NCBI GenBank assembly: GCA_009785555.1 | Contig: WQWB01000002.1 | Coordinates: 2,926 to 66,925, forward strand | DNA length: 64,000 nucleotides | Origin: Defluviitaleaceae bacterium | GTDB taxonomy: Bacteria; Bacillota; Clostridia; Lachnospirales; WRAX01 | Reading direction: 5' to 3' | Shown: positions 17,596 to 28,263 of the stretch, one piece after another | How the letters are laid out: each line of letters opens with the position of its first letter | Position numbering within the stretch: the first letter of the stretch is position 1 | Program-made: the position numbers and the translations under genes | Notes under the pieces: generated by a model | Databases searched by the model: none | Told to the model about the DNA's origin: nothing | The model's input: the letters and a program-made list of their open reading frames with translations, nothing else

Positions 17596-19308
17596 TTAAT
17601 CATGCCATTCAACGCGCGGCAGTTTATCCGCATTTTCTTTCGTCACGTTAAGAAGCTCAATATCAACACGCAACTCGTCGTCGCCGTCTATGCCGGTAAC
17701 GAACAATAACTGCCCGTGCGGCTCACCCATAAAGACATCGGCAAGCTTTGTTAGCAGGGGAAAGTCCCGCTTTTCGCCGCTTTTCCTCATGCTTATGATG
17801 TTACCGGTACTTTTGTTTTTGTGTGGATTGCTTGAAAATGTCTGAAACGGCACTATATCGTCACCCTTATAAAAACAAAAATCTTCACCGGGTATGACGT
17901 CGTACATAAAACAAAATGCGGCATACAGATCGCTAAGGGTTGTATCCGCCTCCACAAACAGTTCCTGCCACGCCGACACGCCCTGCTCGTTGACTTTAAG
18001 CACAAGTGCGTCCACGACTACATCATCTTTCTTCCGCTCCTCTTTCGGCATATTTGCAAGAAATGCCGGCAATTCCGCTAAAACCGGTTTGATGGATTGG
18101 CTTTCCGGCAATAAAACACCCATATCGTCACGGTGCATAACATTTAGAACTTCAATTCCAATGTCCGTAAATGTGTACGCCGTACACGGCGCAAAAACGT
18201 GCATGGACATCTCGTCGCACAGATCCGCCGCGTCCGTAAAATTATCCGGGTTTTTGCTATAAGCTTCCAAAAACGAAATTATACCGTCTATTTCCTCACT
18301 GACATTATATGGTATAATATAAAGCGGATGTATGACGCGGCAATAGTACGCAAGCGGCGTTATAAATTTGCGGTCTAAAATGATACCGAAAAAGTACGCA
18401 CCGGACATAAGCCCCATACGCATCTCCATGTCCATATCGCCGTCCTCGTCCTTACCGAAGCCCATATCCATGGACTTTGAACTGTCCGCCATAAAAGACA
18501 TAATATCAACGCCCGTATCTGAAAACACCTCGGCAAAAATTTGGTCCGTTGGCACAGGGTTTTTTAAATATGACGTTAATTTCTGCTTGTAAACCTTGCT
18601 GATTGGCAAAAACTCGCTGATGGCAGATACGCATTCATCCAAAACCGCGTTTATCACTTTCTCCAATACGACAACATTTGGCACGTCAAAAAACCGCTCC
18701 CACTCCGAAACGACCATATTAACCTGCCCTGACAGTGACGGCATCGGCACAACCAACTTTAAATGCGATAAAATATTATGCAAAAACAGCCTATATTCCA
18801 AACCGCCAAGCGAAAGATCCGGCAGATGCCATTTCTCCGGGGTTTCCGCGTCAAACGCCGGGTCAACGCTATGCATAAAATGGCGCATATCGCTTATCAG
18901 CGGGTGGTCGTCTATACCAAAGCCAACGTTTTTAAAATCCGCAGCAAAAGATTTTCCGCCGTTTTCCCCGTTCTCAACGTTATATTTATACGAAACCAAG
19001 CGAAGAGTCCTATGCTCCGGCAACCCAAACTCCCTGTTAAGCGACAATATAAGGTTCGCCGGCGTAAGCACCGTGTTCTCCAAAAATGTACTGAAATACC
19101 AACGGCGGAAAATAAGCGGCAAAAAATCCGAGTACAGAAGTTTAGTTGCGCTCGCGGAAAGTTTATGTTCTTTCATGGTTTTTTCCGCTTCAAGCCACGC
19201 CTCGTTAAAGGCAATCTTGATATTATCGCATAACCTTACATATTCAGTATTCGTATTTTGGTTGTCGCCAATATTGGTATCGGCAGTGTTTTTATCACTT
19301 TTTTTCAT
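17596..19308 (-). CDS. Hypothetical protein, possible C-terminal pRiA4b ORF3-like domain
   Basis: 570-aa ORF; C-terminal LKV..WQELFVEADTTLSDLYAAF pattern. Confidence 0.65.
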   Translation of the reverse strand: MKKSDKNTADTNIGDNQNTNTEYVRLCDNIKIAFNEAWLEAEKTMKEHKLSASATKLLYSDFLPLIFRRWYFSTFLENTVLTPANLILSLNREFGLPEHRTLRLVSYKYNVENGENGGKSFAADFKNVGFGIDDHPLISDMRHFMHSVDPAFDAETPEKWHLPDLSLGGLEYRLFLHNILSHLKLVVPMPSLSGQVNMVVSEWERFFDVPNVVVLEKVINAVLDECVSAISEFLPISKVYKQKLTSYLKNPVPTDQIFAEVFSDTGVDIMSFMADSSKSMDMGFGKDEDGDMDMEMRMGLMSGAYFFGIILDRKFITPLAYYCRVIHPLYIIPYNVSEEIDGIISFLEAYSKNPDNFTDAADLCDEMSMHVFAPCTAYTFTDIGIEVLNVMHRDDMGVLLPESQSIKPVLAELPAFLANMPKEERKKDDVVVDALVLKVNEQGVSAWQELFVEADTTLSDLYAAFCFMYDVIPGEDFCFYKGDDIVPFQTFSSNPHKNKSTGNIISMRKSGEKRDFPLLTKLADVFMGEPHGQLLFVTGIDGDDELRVDIELLNVTKENADKLPRVEWHD

Positions 19309-19491
19309 ATTTTACCGCCAAATCTTATTTTATCACTTGATTGTAACAGATGTTTAGTGGTAAAATCAATAGGTAATGAAAATCTTTTACGTTTTATTTA
19401 CCCCATAAACCAAATTGTCAGCTAACTCTTTATAAGTTGGCTAATGAATGGCCCGTTTCACGGGTCTGCTAGAGAGGCTAGGAAAATTACT

Positions 19492-21174
19492 TTGAGTTAT
19501 CCACACGAAATACTGATGCGCGTGCAGAAACCAGCACGCTACACAGGAGGCGAATTTGGCTCGTTTTACAAGGATTCATACAACACCCGCTTCTGCCTCT
19601 GCTTCCCCGATGTCTATGAAATAGGCATGAGCTGGAGCGGCATGGACATTCTGTACTCCATGTTAAACGAGGAAAGCGGCATATACTGCGAGCGCGCCTT
19701 CGCACCTTGGACAGACATGGAAGCTGTACTCCGCGAAAGGCAACTTCCGCTTACAAGCCTTGAAACAGGTACGCCGCTTGCTGATTTTGATATTATAGGC
19801 TTCTCACTTAACCACGAGCTTGTATATACAAATGTACTTAATATACTGGATTTAGCGGGCTTACCCTTACTTGCTGCAGAGCGTGGCGACGATTGCCCCA
19901 TCATCTGCGCCGGCGGCCCATCTGTGTGCAATCCTGCACCAATGGCCGATTTTATAGATTTTTTCTTTATCGGCGAAGCCGAAGCTGGATTTACCGACAT
20001 AATGAAAAAATACCAAAAAGGCATCAAAAAAGACGATTTCCTACGCAGTATTTGCGACATACAGGGCATTTATGTGCCTAAATTTAACAACTCGGTAAAA
20101 AAAGCCTGCGTCGCGGATTTAAATACGGCCTTTCTGCCGAAATCCTTCCTCGTACCGAACTTAGTCAGCACGCAGGATCGTGCAGCTGTGGAGATCTTCC
20201 GAGGATGCAAGCGCGGATGCCGTTTCTGCCAGGCCGGCAATATCTACAAACCCGTGCGTGAACGAAGCATTGATACCATAGAAAGCTACGCAAAATATTG
20301 CTTGGAAAAAACCGGGTACGATGAAGTTACCCTCCTATCCTTGTCCACTGCGGACTACAGCCGCTTCCCTGAACTGGCGGAAAGGATGCTTAGCGTAGGG
20401 GACAATATCTCACTATCCTTACCGTCCCTTCGCGTTGACGCTTTCGCGCTAAACGTTATGCGGCGTATCTCCGGCGGGCGCAAATCCGGCCTTACCTTCG
20501 CACCGGAGGCTGGGTCCCAACGCCTGCGTGATATTATCGGCAAGAACCTTACCGAGGATGAGATCATTGAAGGCTGCCGCCTTGCATACAGGGGTGGGTG
20601 GACGCGCATAAAACTATATGCCATGCTTGGTTTGCCCTTTGAAACCGACGAAGACGTTGTGGCCCTGGCTGAGCTTGCCGAAAAGGTTGCCAACGCGTTC
20701 TTCCGCCTACCAAAAGATGAGCGCGGCCACGGCCTTCAAATTAACCTCAGCGCGTCTTGTTTCGTGCCGAAGCCGCACACGCCCTTCCAATTCGTGCCGC
20801 AAGTTACGCAGGATGAGCTGCGACGCAAGCAGCAATTGGTAAAACGCAGTATCCGCTCGAAGCAGATAAAATTCTCTTACCACAGTGCTGATGGATCGGT
20901 GCTGGAAGGAGCGCTGGCACGAGGCGGCACTGAAACTGGGCGTGCCATTTTGGCAGCATTTAAACGCGGCGCACGCTTCGACAGCTGGTCGGAGCTATTT
21001 AACTACGGCATATGGCAAGAAGCCTATGAAGAGGCTGGGCTTGACCTTGAGGCGCAGGCGCTGAAATCATTTGAATATACGGACATTTTGCCATGGGATA
21101 ATATATTCGCCGGAGCGGATAAAACACTTTTAATCAGAGAAATGGAGAAAGCACGTGAACTTTCACAGATATAG
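19492..21174 (+). CDS. Radical SAM protein, TIGR03960 family
   Basis: VQKPARYTGGE, FPDVYEIGMS, RGCKRGCRFCQAG (CxxxCxxC), LPSLR, TFAPEAGSQRLR, FVPKPHTPFQ; start uncertain (frame open from 19444). Confidence 0.93.
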   Translation: MSYPHEILMRVQKPARYTGGEFGSFYKDSYNTRFCLCFPDVYEIGMSWSGMDILYSMLNEESGIYCERAFAPWTDMEAVLRERQLPLTSLETGTPLADFDIIGFSLNHELVYTNVLNILDLAGLPLLAAERGDDCPIICAGGPSVCNPAPMADFIDFFFIGEAEAGFTDIMKKYQKGIKKDDFLRSICDIQGIYVPKFNNSVKKACVADLNTAFLPKSFLVPNLVSTQDRAAVEIFRGCKRGCRFCQAGNIYKPVRERSIDTIESYAKYCLEKTGYDEVTLLSLSTADYSRFPELAERMLSVGDNISLSLPSLRVDAFALNVMRRISGGRKSGLTFAPEAGSQRLRDIIGKNLTEDEIIEGCRLAYRGGWTRIKLYAMLGLPFETDEDVVALAELAEKVANAFFRLPKDERGHGLQINLSASCFVPKPHTPFQFVPQVTQDELRRKQQLVKRSIRSKQIKFSYHSADGSVLEGALARGGTETGRAILAAFKRGARFDSWSELFNYGIWQEAYEEAGLDLEAQALKSFEYTDILPWDNIFAGADKTLLIREMEKARELSQI

Positions 21175-21841
21175 ATTGACCTATGCTAAGCATAACAAAG
21201 CCCGGTATATAGGGCATCTCGACCTCCAAACCATTTTCCAACGCGCAGTGAGTCGCGCCGGTATCCGCGCACGTTATTCCGAAGGGTTTAACCCGCACCC
21301 TATACTCTCTTTCGCCGCACCTCTCTCCGTCGGCATGTCCGCGCTTGCTGACATTGTCGACGTGGATATTGTGGAGCAGTTGAATTGCGCGGATATTATA
21401 GAGCGCATAAACCAAGCGTTACCCGCAGGCTTAAATGTGCATAAATGTGAAGAAATCGCTATTTCATCTAAATCAGCGGCGGCTAGGTTACGCAAAGCAC
21501 GATATTCAATGGAAATTAAATATGAAATGAAAGGCGCAAAAGATATGGGAGCACTCTCATTGGAGCCTAAAGACTCCTGCGCGAGCCAAGCATCCCAGGC
21601 ACTCTATGCAGCACAGGCTGTAGAGCTTTTCAATAAATCCAAATCCGAAATATCCGGATTGGTCTACGAAATTCACGCGGACGGCGAAACGCCCGGCAAA
21701 ATCACGGCCATTGTAGCCTGCGGCGGCTTCGGAAACTTAAAGCCCAGCCGTTTGGCGGAAGAGCTTTGCGGCTTAACAAACGTCACATTATGTCCGTTTT
21801 CAACGGAATATACGAGAGAGGAGCTGGAGTTAGCAGAATGA
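21155..21841 (+). CDS. Radical SAM-linked protein, TIGR03936/DUF2344
   Basis: YRLTYAK..ARYIGHLDL..FQRA..YSEGFNPHP..FAAPLSVG; canonical position after TIGR03960. Confidence 0.9.
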   Translation: MNFHRYRLTYAKHNKARYIGHLDLQTIFQRAVSRAGIRARYSEGFNPHPILSFAAPLSVGMSALADIVDVDIVEQLNCADIIERINQALPAGLNVHKCEEIAISSKSAAARLRKARYSMEIKYEMKGAKDMGALSLEPKDSCASQASQALYAAQAVELFNKSKSEISGLVYEIHADGETPGKITAIVACGGFGNLKPSRLAEELCGLTNVTLCPFSTEYTREELELAE

Positions 21842-23031
21842 AAAGGCGAATAACAATGGCACATTTACTGCAAAAGAAGCCTGAAAAACGCAGTATCGTT
21901 ATAGATGTAAGCGAAAAAGGCGTACGAGGCGCACTCCTTGATGCCGGTACATCCCCCAACGTGCTGGAGTTTGCAGGCGAGACAAGCGGACGCGAGAGCC
22001 TGGTCGGGCATATCTTTGTAGGGAAAGTAGCTGCCGTACATAAAAACGGCTTTTCCTTCATAGATCTGGGTATGGATCGAAACGCTTTTCTAAACCTCAA
22101 TGACAGCAAGCATAACGGAGTTAGGGTAAGGGAAGGCCAAGCCATCGCCGTGCAGATCGGACGCGATGCGTACAAGGACAAGGGTGCGTCGGTGACGACC
22201 GCGCTGGCGTACAGCGGCCGCTTCTTCGTTATCACAGACCGTTGCGACGACGAGCATCCAAAAATCGGCGTCTCAAAGAAAATTATAAACCAAGCGGAAC
22301 GTAACCGCTTGGTTAAGGTAACGGATGAACTGCTTGAAAAAACCAACCTATCCAACAGAAACATAACCATTCGCACCGATGCAGAAAACGCCGCAACCAG
22401 CTTACTTGACGCAGAACTTACCTCACTCGCCGCCATAATTGCGGAAACGGAAGAAAAGGCCAAAATTGCAACTCCACCAACCTCCATCTACACTCCATAC
22501 GCAAGCCCCGCACTTAAAATCGCCGCAGAGCTATCCGTCGGCTCTGATATTGATGAAATAATCGTCAATACTCCCAATGATTTCAACCAGTTGGAAGAAG
22601 CCTATAAAAACCGAGGCATAAAAATTAAACTTGTAGACGGTTCATCCTTTTACATCTACAATATCTCAAAGTTATATGAAAATACCGTAAGCCGCAAGAT
22701 ATATCTAACGTGCGGCGGATATATAGTGATCGACAAAACCGAAGCCTGCACCGTTATCGACGTAAACTCCGGTAAGTACGAGGGGCGTAAAGACATTGAA
22801 GGAATGGCACTTAAAGTCAACCTGGAAGCGGCGGCCGAAGCTGCGCGGCAACTGCGCCTACGCAACGTCGGAGGCATCGTTATCATAGACTTTATCCGCA
22901 TGAGTGATGAGGAAAACAGACAAACCTTAATAAGCGAACTCAAATCTCACTTAGACAAAGACCCAGCAATTACCGTTGTGGAGGGTTTTACGAAGCTTGG
23001 GTTGATGGAAATTACGAGGAAAAGGCGATGA
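21838..23031 (+). CDS. rng: Ribonuclease E/G family protein
   Basis: S1 domain (VGHIFVGKV, FIDLG), KGA, IRT.A, GGYIVIDKTEACTVIDVNSG, QLRLRNVGGIVIIDFI, TKLGLMEITRKR. Confidence 0.9.
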   Translation: MKRRITMAHLLQKKPEKRSIVIDVSEKGVRGALLDAGTSPNVLEFAGETSGRESLVGHIFVGKVAAVHKNGFSFIDLGMDRNAFLNLNDSKHNGVRVREGQAIAVQIGRDAYKDKGASVTTALAYSGRFFVITDRCDDEHPKIGVSKKIINQAERNRLVKVTDELLEKTNLSNRNITIRTDAENAATSLLDAELTSLAAIIAETEEKAKIATPPTSIYTPYASPALKIAAELSVGSDIDEIIVNTPNDFNQLEEAYKNRGIKIKLVDGSSFYIYNISKLYENTVSRKIYLTCGGYIVIDKTEACTVIDVNSGKYEGRKDIEGMALKVNLEAAAEAARQLRLRNVGGIVIIDFIRMSDEENRQTLISELKSHLDKDPAITVVEGFTKLGLMEITRKRR

Positions 23032-23615
23032 AGACCAATTGCGAAGCGAAATTAGAATACGCGACGGATTATGTTAAGTTGATATTTCCCGATAGAATGT
23101 ATGTTGAAAGCTACATAAAGGCTTGCATGGAGTTTAAGGCGATTGGGCTTCATTTATACAGCTTTAACGACCCGGATACATCGCACGAGTGGAAGGACAG
23201 TATTTTTGAGAGATATGAAGACAACCGAAACGGAGTAAACCTTAAGGAGGGTTACGTCCCGTCGTCCACATTCTGGCTGGTTGACGAGGAGCGGGGAATT
23301 TTCCTGGGTGAGGGCAACGTCCGCCACAACCTCACGCCGCCGCTTATCAATTACGGTGGACATGTGGGTTATGCCATACGCCATACGCAGTGGGGAAATG
23401 GATACGGAACTCTGCTCTGCTCTCTATTATTGCGAGAAGCAGTTAAGCTAGGAATAAAAGAAGCCCTCATAACCTGCGACGACAACAACCACGCCAGCCG
23501 CAAGGTTATCGAAAGAAACGGCGGCATGCTGGAAAACATCGTACCGAATATCATTGATGGAATGCAAATCCAAACAAGGCGGTACTGGGTAGATTTAGAA
23601 GGGTTGGCTGTATGA
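23028..23615 (+). CDS. GNAT family N-acetyltransferase
   Basis: GYVPSSTFWL, RHNL..GGHVGYAIR..WGNGYG, ITCDDNNHASRKVIERNGG. Confidence 0.88.
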   Translation: MKTNCEAKLEYATDYVKLIFPDRMYVESYIKACMEFKAIGLHLYSFNDPDTSHEWKDSIFERYEDNRNGVNLKEGYVPSSTFWLVDEERGIFLGEGNVRHNLTPPLINYGGHVGYAIRHTQWGNGYGTLLCSLLLREAVKLGIKEALITCDDNNHASRKVIERNGGMLENIVPNIIDGMQIQTRRYWVDLEGLAV

Positions 23616-24109
23616 TTTTCTACAACGCAAGGGCGATAATAACGAAAGTTGAGGGCGACGGGGAGATAGTACTGGTTCAGCGGTGCAACCGTACGGGTGT
23701 ACCCGGACGATACAAATTTCCCGGCGGATGCAGCGAGTGGGGTGAATCCATTATGGATACGCTGAAGCGCGAAGTAATGGAGGAAGTTGGACTAACCGTT
23801 ACCAAAATCCATGGAATCGAGACTTACAGGAATAACGGCGATTATGAATCATTTACGCCTTTTGCGGTTTACTTCGGCAAAGAAGGCTGGGTATTTAAGG
23901 ATGGCGAGTTTGCAGGACAGCGCGCCAAATCCGTCGGTGTGCACTTTATCTGCGAAGCGGTAGGCACCCCCCTGGAAAGCGGCGATAAATCCACGGAAAT
24001 CGGGTGGGTTACGCCGGAACGGCTTCGCGCAATACTCAACGAGAATGGCAGTTTCGGTGACGGCGACCGCGGTGCGGCGGAATTATATTGCGTTAAGAAC
24101 GGCGTGTGA
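23612..24109 (+). CDS. NUDIX hydrolase
   Basis: Nudix box FPGGCSEWGESIMDTLKREVMEEVGL. Confidence 0.88.
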   Translation: MIFYNARAIITKVEGDGEIVLVQRCNRTGVPGRYKFPGGCSEWGESIMDTLKREVMEEVGLTVTKIHGIETYRNNGDYESFTPFAVYFGKEGWVFKDGEFAGQRAKSVGVHFICEAVGTPLESGDKSTEIGWVTPERLRAILNENGSFGDGDRGAAELYCVKNGV

Positions 24110-24232
24110 TACTGCTTACATAACACTGTTAGGCTATAGAAAAACACTTGAGCCGCAATTTCCTGGTTTAAACTTTCATCAATCTAAAAAAAACGCATAT
24201 ACATTATCTAAATTCATTTCCGAGGTTTTATC

Positions 24233-24700
24233 ATGGACACCCAAAACGTCTACGAAGCTGCCGCCGAAAACTTTTCCATCAGTATTTTGCAAGAACGCAA
24301 GTTACTTGAAATGATAATCCACGCCGCAACGGACGAAGCCGCCGCGACGAGGTTCTACACACGCCTGTCCGAACGGCTCACCGGCGAAGACAGGAAAACC
24401 GTACACAACATAGCCCTGGACGAAGCGAAACACAGACGGCTTTTCGAGGATCTGTACTTTAGAATAGCGCACCGCCAAATGCCCGCGATCGAGACAGATA
24501 AAGAGGAACCCCTTCCCGAAAACCTACCGGACATCTTCGAAGACAGGATATACGACGAAAACGCAGACATCGAATTTTACAGAAATATCTATTTTACCTT
24601 AATAAACATGGATTACCGCGACGTCATGTTTGAAATTATGAGTGACGAAAGCCGCCACGCCTCATTGCTCAACCTTCTATACGCAAAATATAAGCGTTAA
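24233..24700 (+). CDS. Ferritin/rubrerythrin-like di-iron protein
   Basis: DEAAATRFY, DEAKH, DENADIEFYR, DESRH motifs. Confidence 0.8.
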   Translation: MDTQNVYEAAAENFSISILQERKLLEMIIHAATDEAAATRFYTRLSERLTGEDRKTVHNIALDEAKHRRLFEDLYFRIAHRQMPAIETDKEEPLPENLPDIFEDRIYDENADIEFYRNIYFTLINMDYRDVMFEIMSDESRHASLLNLLYAKYKR

Positions 24701-24701
24701 G

Positions 24702-26093
24702 TTAATCCAAAGTCAGTATCATATCCGCGCCTATGACGCGTGTTGGATTTTGCCGTATAAACCCAACCACCTCCGGCGTTATCCGCTCACCCGGAGCGAC
24801 GAGGGGTATGCCTGGCGGATACGGTATGACAAACCCGGCGGATACCATGCCAACAGAATCTTCTAGGCTACGTGGCGTTGAGCTACCCATAATGGCCTCA
24901 CGCGGCGGCATAACTACCTCCGCCTTTGGCATATCTCGCATCGTTTCGACAGTTTCGGCAAAAACCTTCTTTGGAGTCCCAACGAAGGTTTTTGCCGCGC
25001 TTACAAGCCGCGAAAAACCCTCCGCCGTGTCGGCGCATGTCGTAAGGGCAACCGCGTGCGCCGCGCCGCTCATCTCAAGCTGAATCTTGTATTCTAATAT
25101 ATGCCTTTCAATTTCCTCACCCAAACAACCGTTTTTCGAATAAAAAACAAGTTTCGCGGGGTCTATCGCATATATACTATTCTTTCTGCGATATTCGCAT
25201 CCAATAAGGCTTAGATCAAGATTCCTAGGAAACCCTCCGCGGAATGATTCTAACGCCTCAATGTATCTTCCAATTATTCCCGGATATCCTTCCAATAAGT
25301 TTAACGCGTAGTCAGCCTGCGCCAACAATACGTAAGACGGGCTGGTTGTTTGAAAAATATTTAAGGAGGCCTTTACCTTCTCGCCCGGCACGAGGTTACC
25401 GTTTACGTGGACAACTGCCATCTGAGACATGATGGGCAATTGCTTGTGCAAGCTCTGTACGACGATATCCGCGCCACACAAATTGGAAGTTATTGGAAAA
25501 CGATCCGAGAAGCAAAAATGCGCGCCGTGTGCTTCGTCCACTATAACAGGGGTTTTGTATTGATGCGCTATTTCTACGATTGCCTTTATATCGGACACAA
25601 ACCCTTCGTATGTAGGACTAGTAAGAACGACTGCAGCAGCATTGGGATAAAGACGCAAAGCGGCGCGCACATCTTCCGGGTCTACACCGCCGGCTACGTG
25701 TATATCGGTAATTTGTGGATATATATAGACGGGGGTTAGGTTGTTTATGGAAAGTGCGGAATATACGGATTTATGGCAATTCCTGGCAATTATTATCTCG
25801 CCGCCGGCCTCAACGCGTCCAGCCACGGCCGTTACAGCCGCCAAAACACCGCCGGTTGAGCCGTTGGTGGTTATGTACGACGCGCCGGATCCGTTGGCGC
25901 GGGCAAGCCTATCCTGCAGGTCGGCGATGATGCCCCGAGGGTCAAGCAAATTGTCCGCGCCGGGGATTTCCGTAACATCCATGCTAAATAGCCCTTCCGG
26001 AAAAAACGCCGGGTTACGCTTATGCCCCGGCATATGAAAGGGATAAATATCTCGCTGCGCGTAGTTTGATAGGAAATTATATATTGTATTCAT
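24702..26093 (-). CDS. PLP-dependent Arg/Lys/Orn decarboxylase (YaaO-like)
   Basis: FHMPGHK, NGSTGG, RNCHKS, TSPTYEG, DEAHGAH, QSLHK, TTSPSY, PYPPGIP. Confidence 0.9.
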   Translation of the reverse strand: MNTIYNFLSNYAQRDIYPFHMPGHKRNPAFFPEGLFSMDVTEIPGADNLLDPRGIIADLQDRLARANGSGASYITTNGSTGGVLAAVTAVAGRVEAGGEIIIARNCHKSVYSALSINNLTPVYIYPQITDIHVAGGVDPEDVRAALRLYPNAAAVVLTSPTYEGFVSDIKAIVEIAHQYKTPVIVDEAHGAHFCFSDRFPITSNLCGADIVVQSLHKQLPIMSQMAVVHVNGNLVPGEKVKASLNIFQTTSPSYVLLAQADYALNLLEGYPGIIGRYIEALESFRGGFPRNLDLSLIGCEYRRKNSIYAIDPAKLVFYSKNGCLGEEIERHILEYKIQLEMSGAAHAVALTTCADTAEGFSRLVSAAKTFVGTPKKVFAETVETMRDMPKAEVVMPPREAIMGSSTPRSLEDSVGMVSAGFVIPYPPGIPLVAPGERITPEVVGFIRQNPTRVIGADMILTLD

Positions 26094-26232
26094 GCGTTCA
26101 GTATAAAGCAATATCTGCATAAAGTAAAGGGGTTTGCGAAAGCGGAAAATAATTTTAAAACATATTCACAAATTTATAAAAATCTGTTATACTATACCGC
26201 AATAATGAAAATGGAGAGGGTGTTATACGAAC

Positions 26233-28263
26233 TTGAGAAAAGTATTGGGCTATTACAAGGTATACATACCTATAATTGTCGTAATCGTCGGTCTTTTATG
26301 GATACGCGCATACGGCGAGCTTAACCTGCCGGACTATACGTCACGCATTGTAGACACGGGCATATCACAGTTTGGGTTGGAGAGTTTGGTACCTAACCAG
26401 CTCGCCCGCGAATCTTTCCACGCCATCCGCGAACGCATACCGGTAGGCGAACAGGCCGGGTTTACGTCAGCATTCCGCTTTTATGTGCCTACAAACACAT
26501 ACCGTTACATAGGAGGCGAATTCGGCGAGGAAGTTGCCGCCGAGATATACGCCCGCATTACCGCAATCCTTCATGGCATCCAATTTACCTTTGAGGATTT
26601 ACGCCATGAAATGATACTCCTTGGCTACGATATGGAGCAGCAGCAGATGCGCTACATAGTCGGCGTTGGAGGCTTGATGCTTTTAATGCTCCTGCTTATC
26701 ATGGCCAGCGTCATCCTCGAAACGTTTCTGTCCAGCCGCATGGCCGCCGGTATCGCCCGCCGCCTGCGCCGCGATATCTTCCGCAAGGTCGTCAGCTTCT
26801 CAAATTCCGAATTTGATAAGTTCTCCACGGCGTCTCTTATCACCCGCTCCACAAACGACGTACAGCAAGTACAGATGATAACGGGCATGTTTATGCGTTT
26901 CGTCGTATTTACGCCTATGCTTGGTATCGGCGCGGTCGCGCGCGTCGTAACGGCCGGGTCGGAGATGACGTGGACGATTACTATCGCTCTCCTCGCAACT
27001 TTACTTTTTGTAGCCGTAATTTTTATACTCGTTACACCCAAATTCAAAATCATACAGAAACTTATCGACAGGCTTAACCTCGTTACCCGCGAAACGCTGT
27101 CCGGACTTATGGTCGTGCGCGCGTTTAACCGCGACGAATATGAAGAAGAGAAGTTCGACAAAGCCAACGCGAACTTACGCAACCTCAACATCTTCGTAAA
27201 CCGCGTCTTCGCTTTCATGAACCCTATTATGATGCTTGCACTCAATATCACGACGCTCGTAATTATTTGGATAGGCGGGCATATGGTGGATGCCGGCACA
27301 CTTCAAGTTGGCGTTATGTTCGCTTTCCTCCAGTATACCATTATGATAATTATGTCGTTTATGATGATGACGATGATAATTACCCAGCTCCCCCGCGCCC
27401 TTGTGTCCATCAACCGCATCGCCGAGATACTAAAGGCCGACACAAGCATCAAGGATCCGAAGAACCCAAAGACGTTTGATGATTTGAAAAAGGGCTTAGT
27501 GGAATATAAAAACGTAAGCTTCAAGTATCCCGGTGCGGAGGAGTACGTCCTACGCGACCTTACTTTTACCGTGTTGCCAGGGCAGACTACTGCGTTCATC
27601 GGCTCTACCGGCGCAGGCAAGTCGTCTGTTGTAAACCTACTGCCGCGCCTGTACGATGTAACCGATGGGCAGGTGATGGTTGAGGGCGTGGATGTGCGTG
27701 ACGTAACCACAAAAGCACTGCGCCGCAAGATCGGTTATGTGCCGCAGAAGGCTCTTTTATTTAGCGGCACTATCGGTTCCAACATAAAATTCGCTTCTGC
27801 GGATGGATACGAAATTAAGGACAACGATATGAAATGGGCGGCGGATATTGCTCAAGCCGGAGATTTTATCGCCGAAAAAGCGAACCAGTACGATGACGAA
27901 ATAGCCCAAGCCGGCGCAAACGTAAGCGGCGGCCAAAAGCAGCGCATATCAATTGCCAGAGCAATCGCAAAGCGGCCAAATATATTTGTCTTCGACGACA
28001 GCTTCTCCGCACTGGACTATAAGACGGACGCGGCTCTGCGCGCGGCCACCGGCAAGAATATCGGCGGCTCAACGCTTCTTATCGTTGCTCAGCGCATTGG
28101 CACCATCAAAAATGCCGACCAGATCATCGTCCTTGACAACGGACGCATGGTCGGTATCGGAAAGCACGAGGAATTGCTTAAAACATGCGAGGTTTACAGG
28201 CAGATCGCACTTTCACAGCTATCGGAAGAAGAACTTGGATTAGGAGGTGCCGCGAATGAGTAA
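26233..28263 (+). CDS. ABC exporter, permease/ATPase subunit (heterodimer partner 1)
   Basis: TM domain; GSTGAGKS, VSGGQKQR, degenerate FDDSFSALD and AQR. Confidence 0.93.
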   Translation: MRKVLGYYKVYIPIIVVIVGLLWIRAYGELNLPDYTSRIVDTGISQFGLESLVPNQLARESFHAIRERIPVGEQAGFTSAFRFYVPTNTYRYIGGEFGEEVAAEIYARITAILHGIQFTFEDLRHEMILLGYDMEQQQMRYIVGVGGLMLLMLLLIMASVILETFLSSRMAAGIARRLRRDIFRKVVSFSNSEFDKFSTASLITRSTNDVQQVQMITGMFMRFVVFTPMLGIGAVARVVTAGSEMTWTITIALLATLLFVAVIFILVTPKFKIIQKLIDRLNLVTRETLSGLMVVRAFNRDEYEEEKFDKANANLRNLNIFVNRVFAFMNPIMMLALNITTLVIIWIGGHMVDAGTLQVGVMFAFLQYTIMIIMSFMMMTMIITQLPRALVSINRIAEILKADTSIKDPKNPKTFDDLKKGLVEYKNVSFKYPGAEEYVLRDLTFTVLPGQTTAFIGSTGAGKSSVVNLLPRLYDVTDGQVMVEGVDVRDVTTKALRRKIGYVPQKALLFSGTIGSNIKFASADGYEIKDNDMKWAADIAQAGDFIAEKANQYDDEIAQAGANVSGGQKQRISIARAIAKRPNIFVFDDSFSALDYKTDAALRAATGKNIGGSTLLIVAQRIGTIKNADQIIVLDNGRMVGIGKHEELLKTCEVYRQIALSQLSEEELGLGGAANE

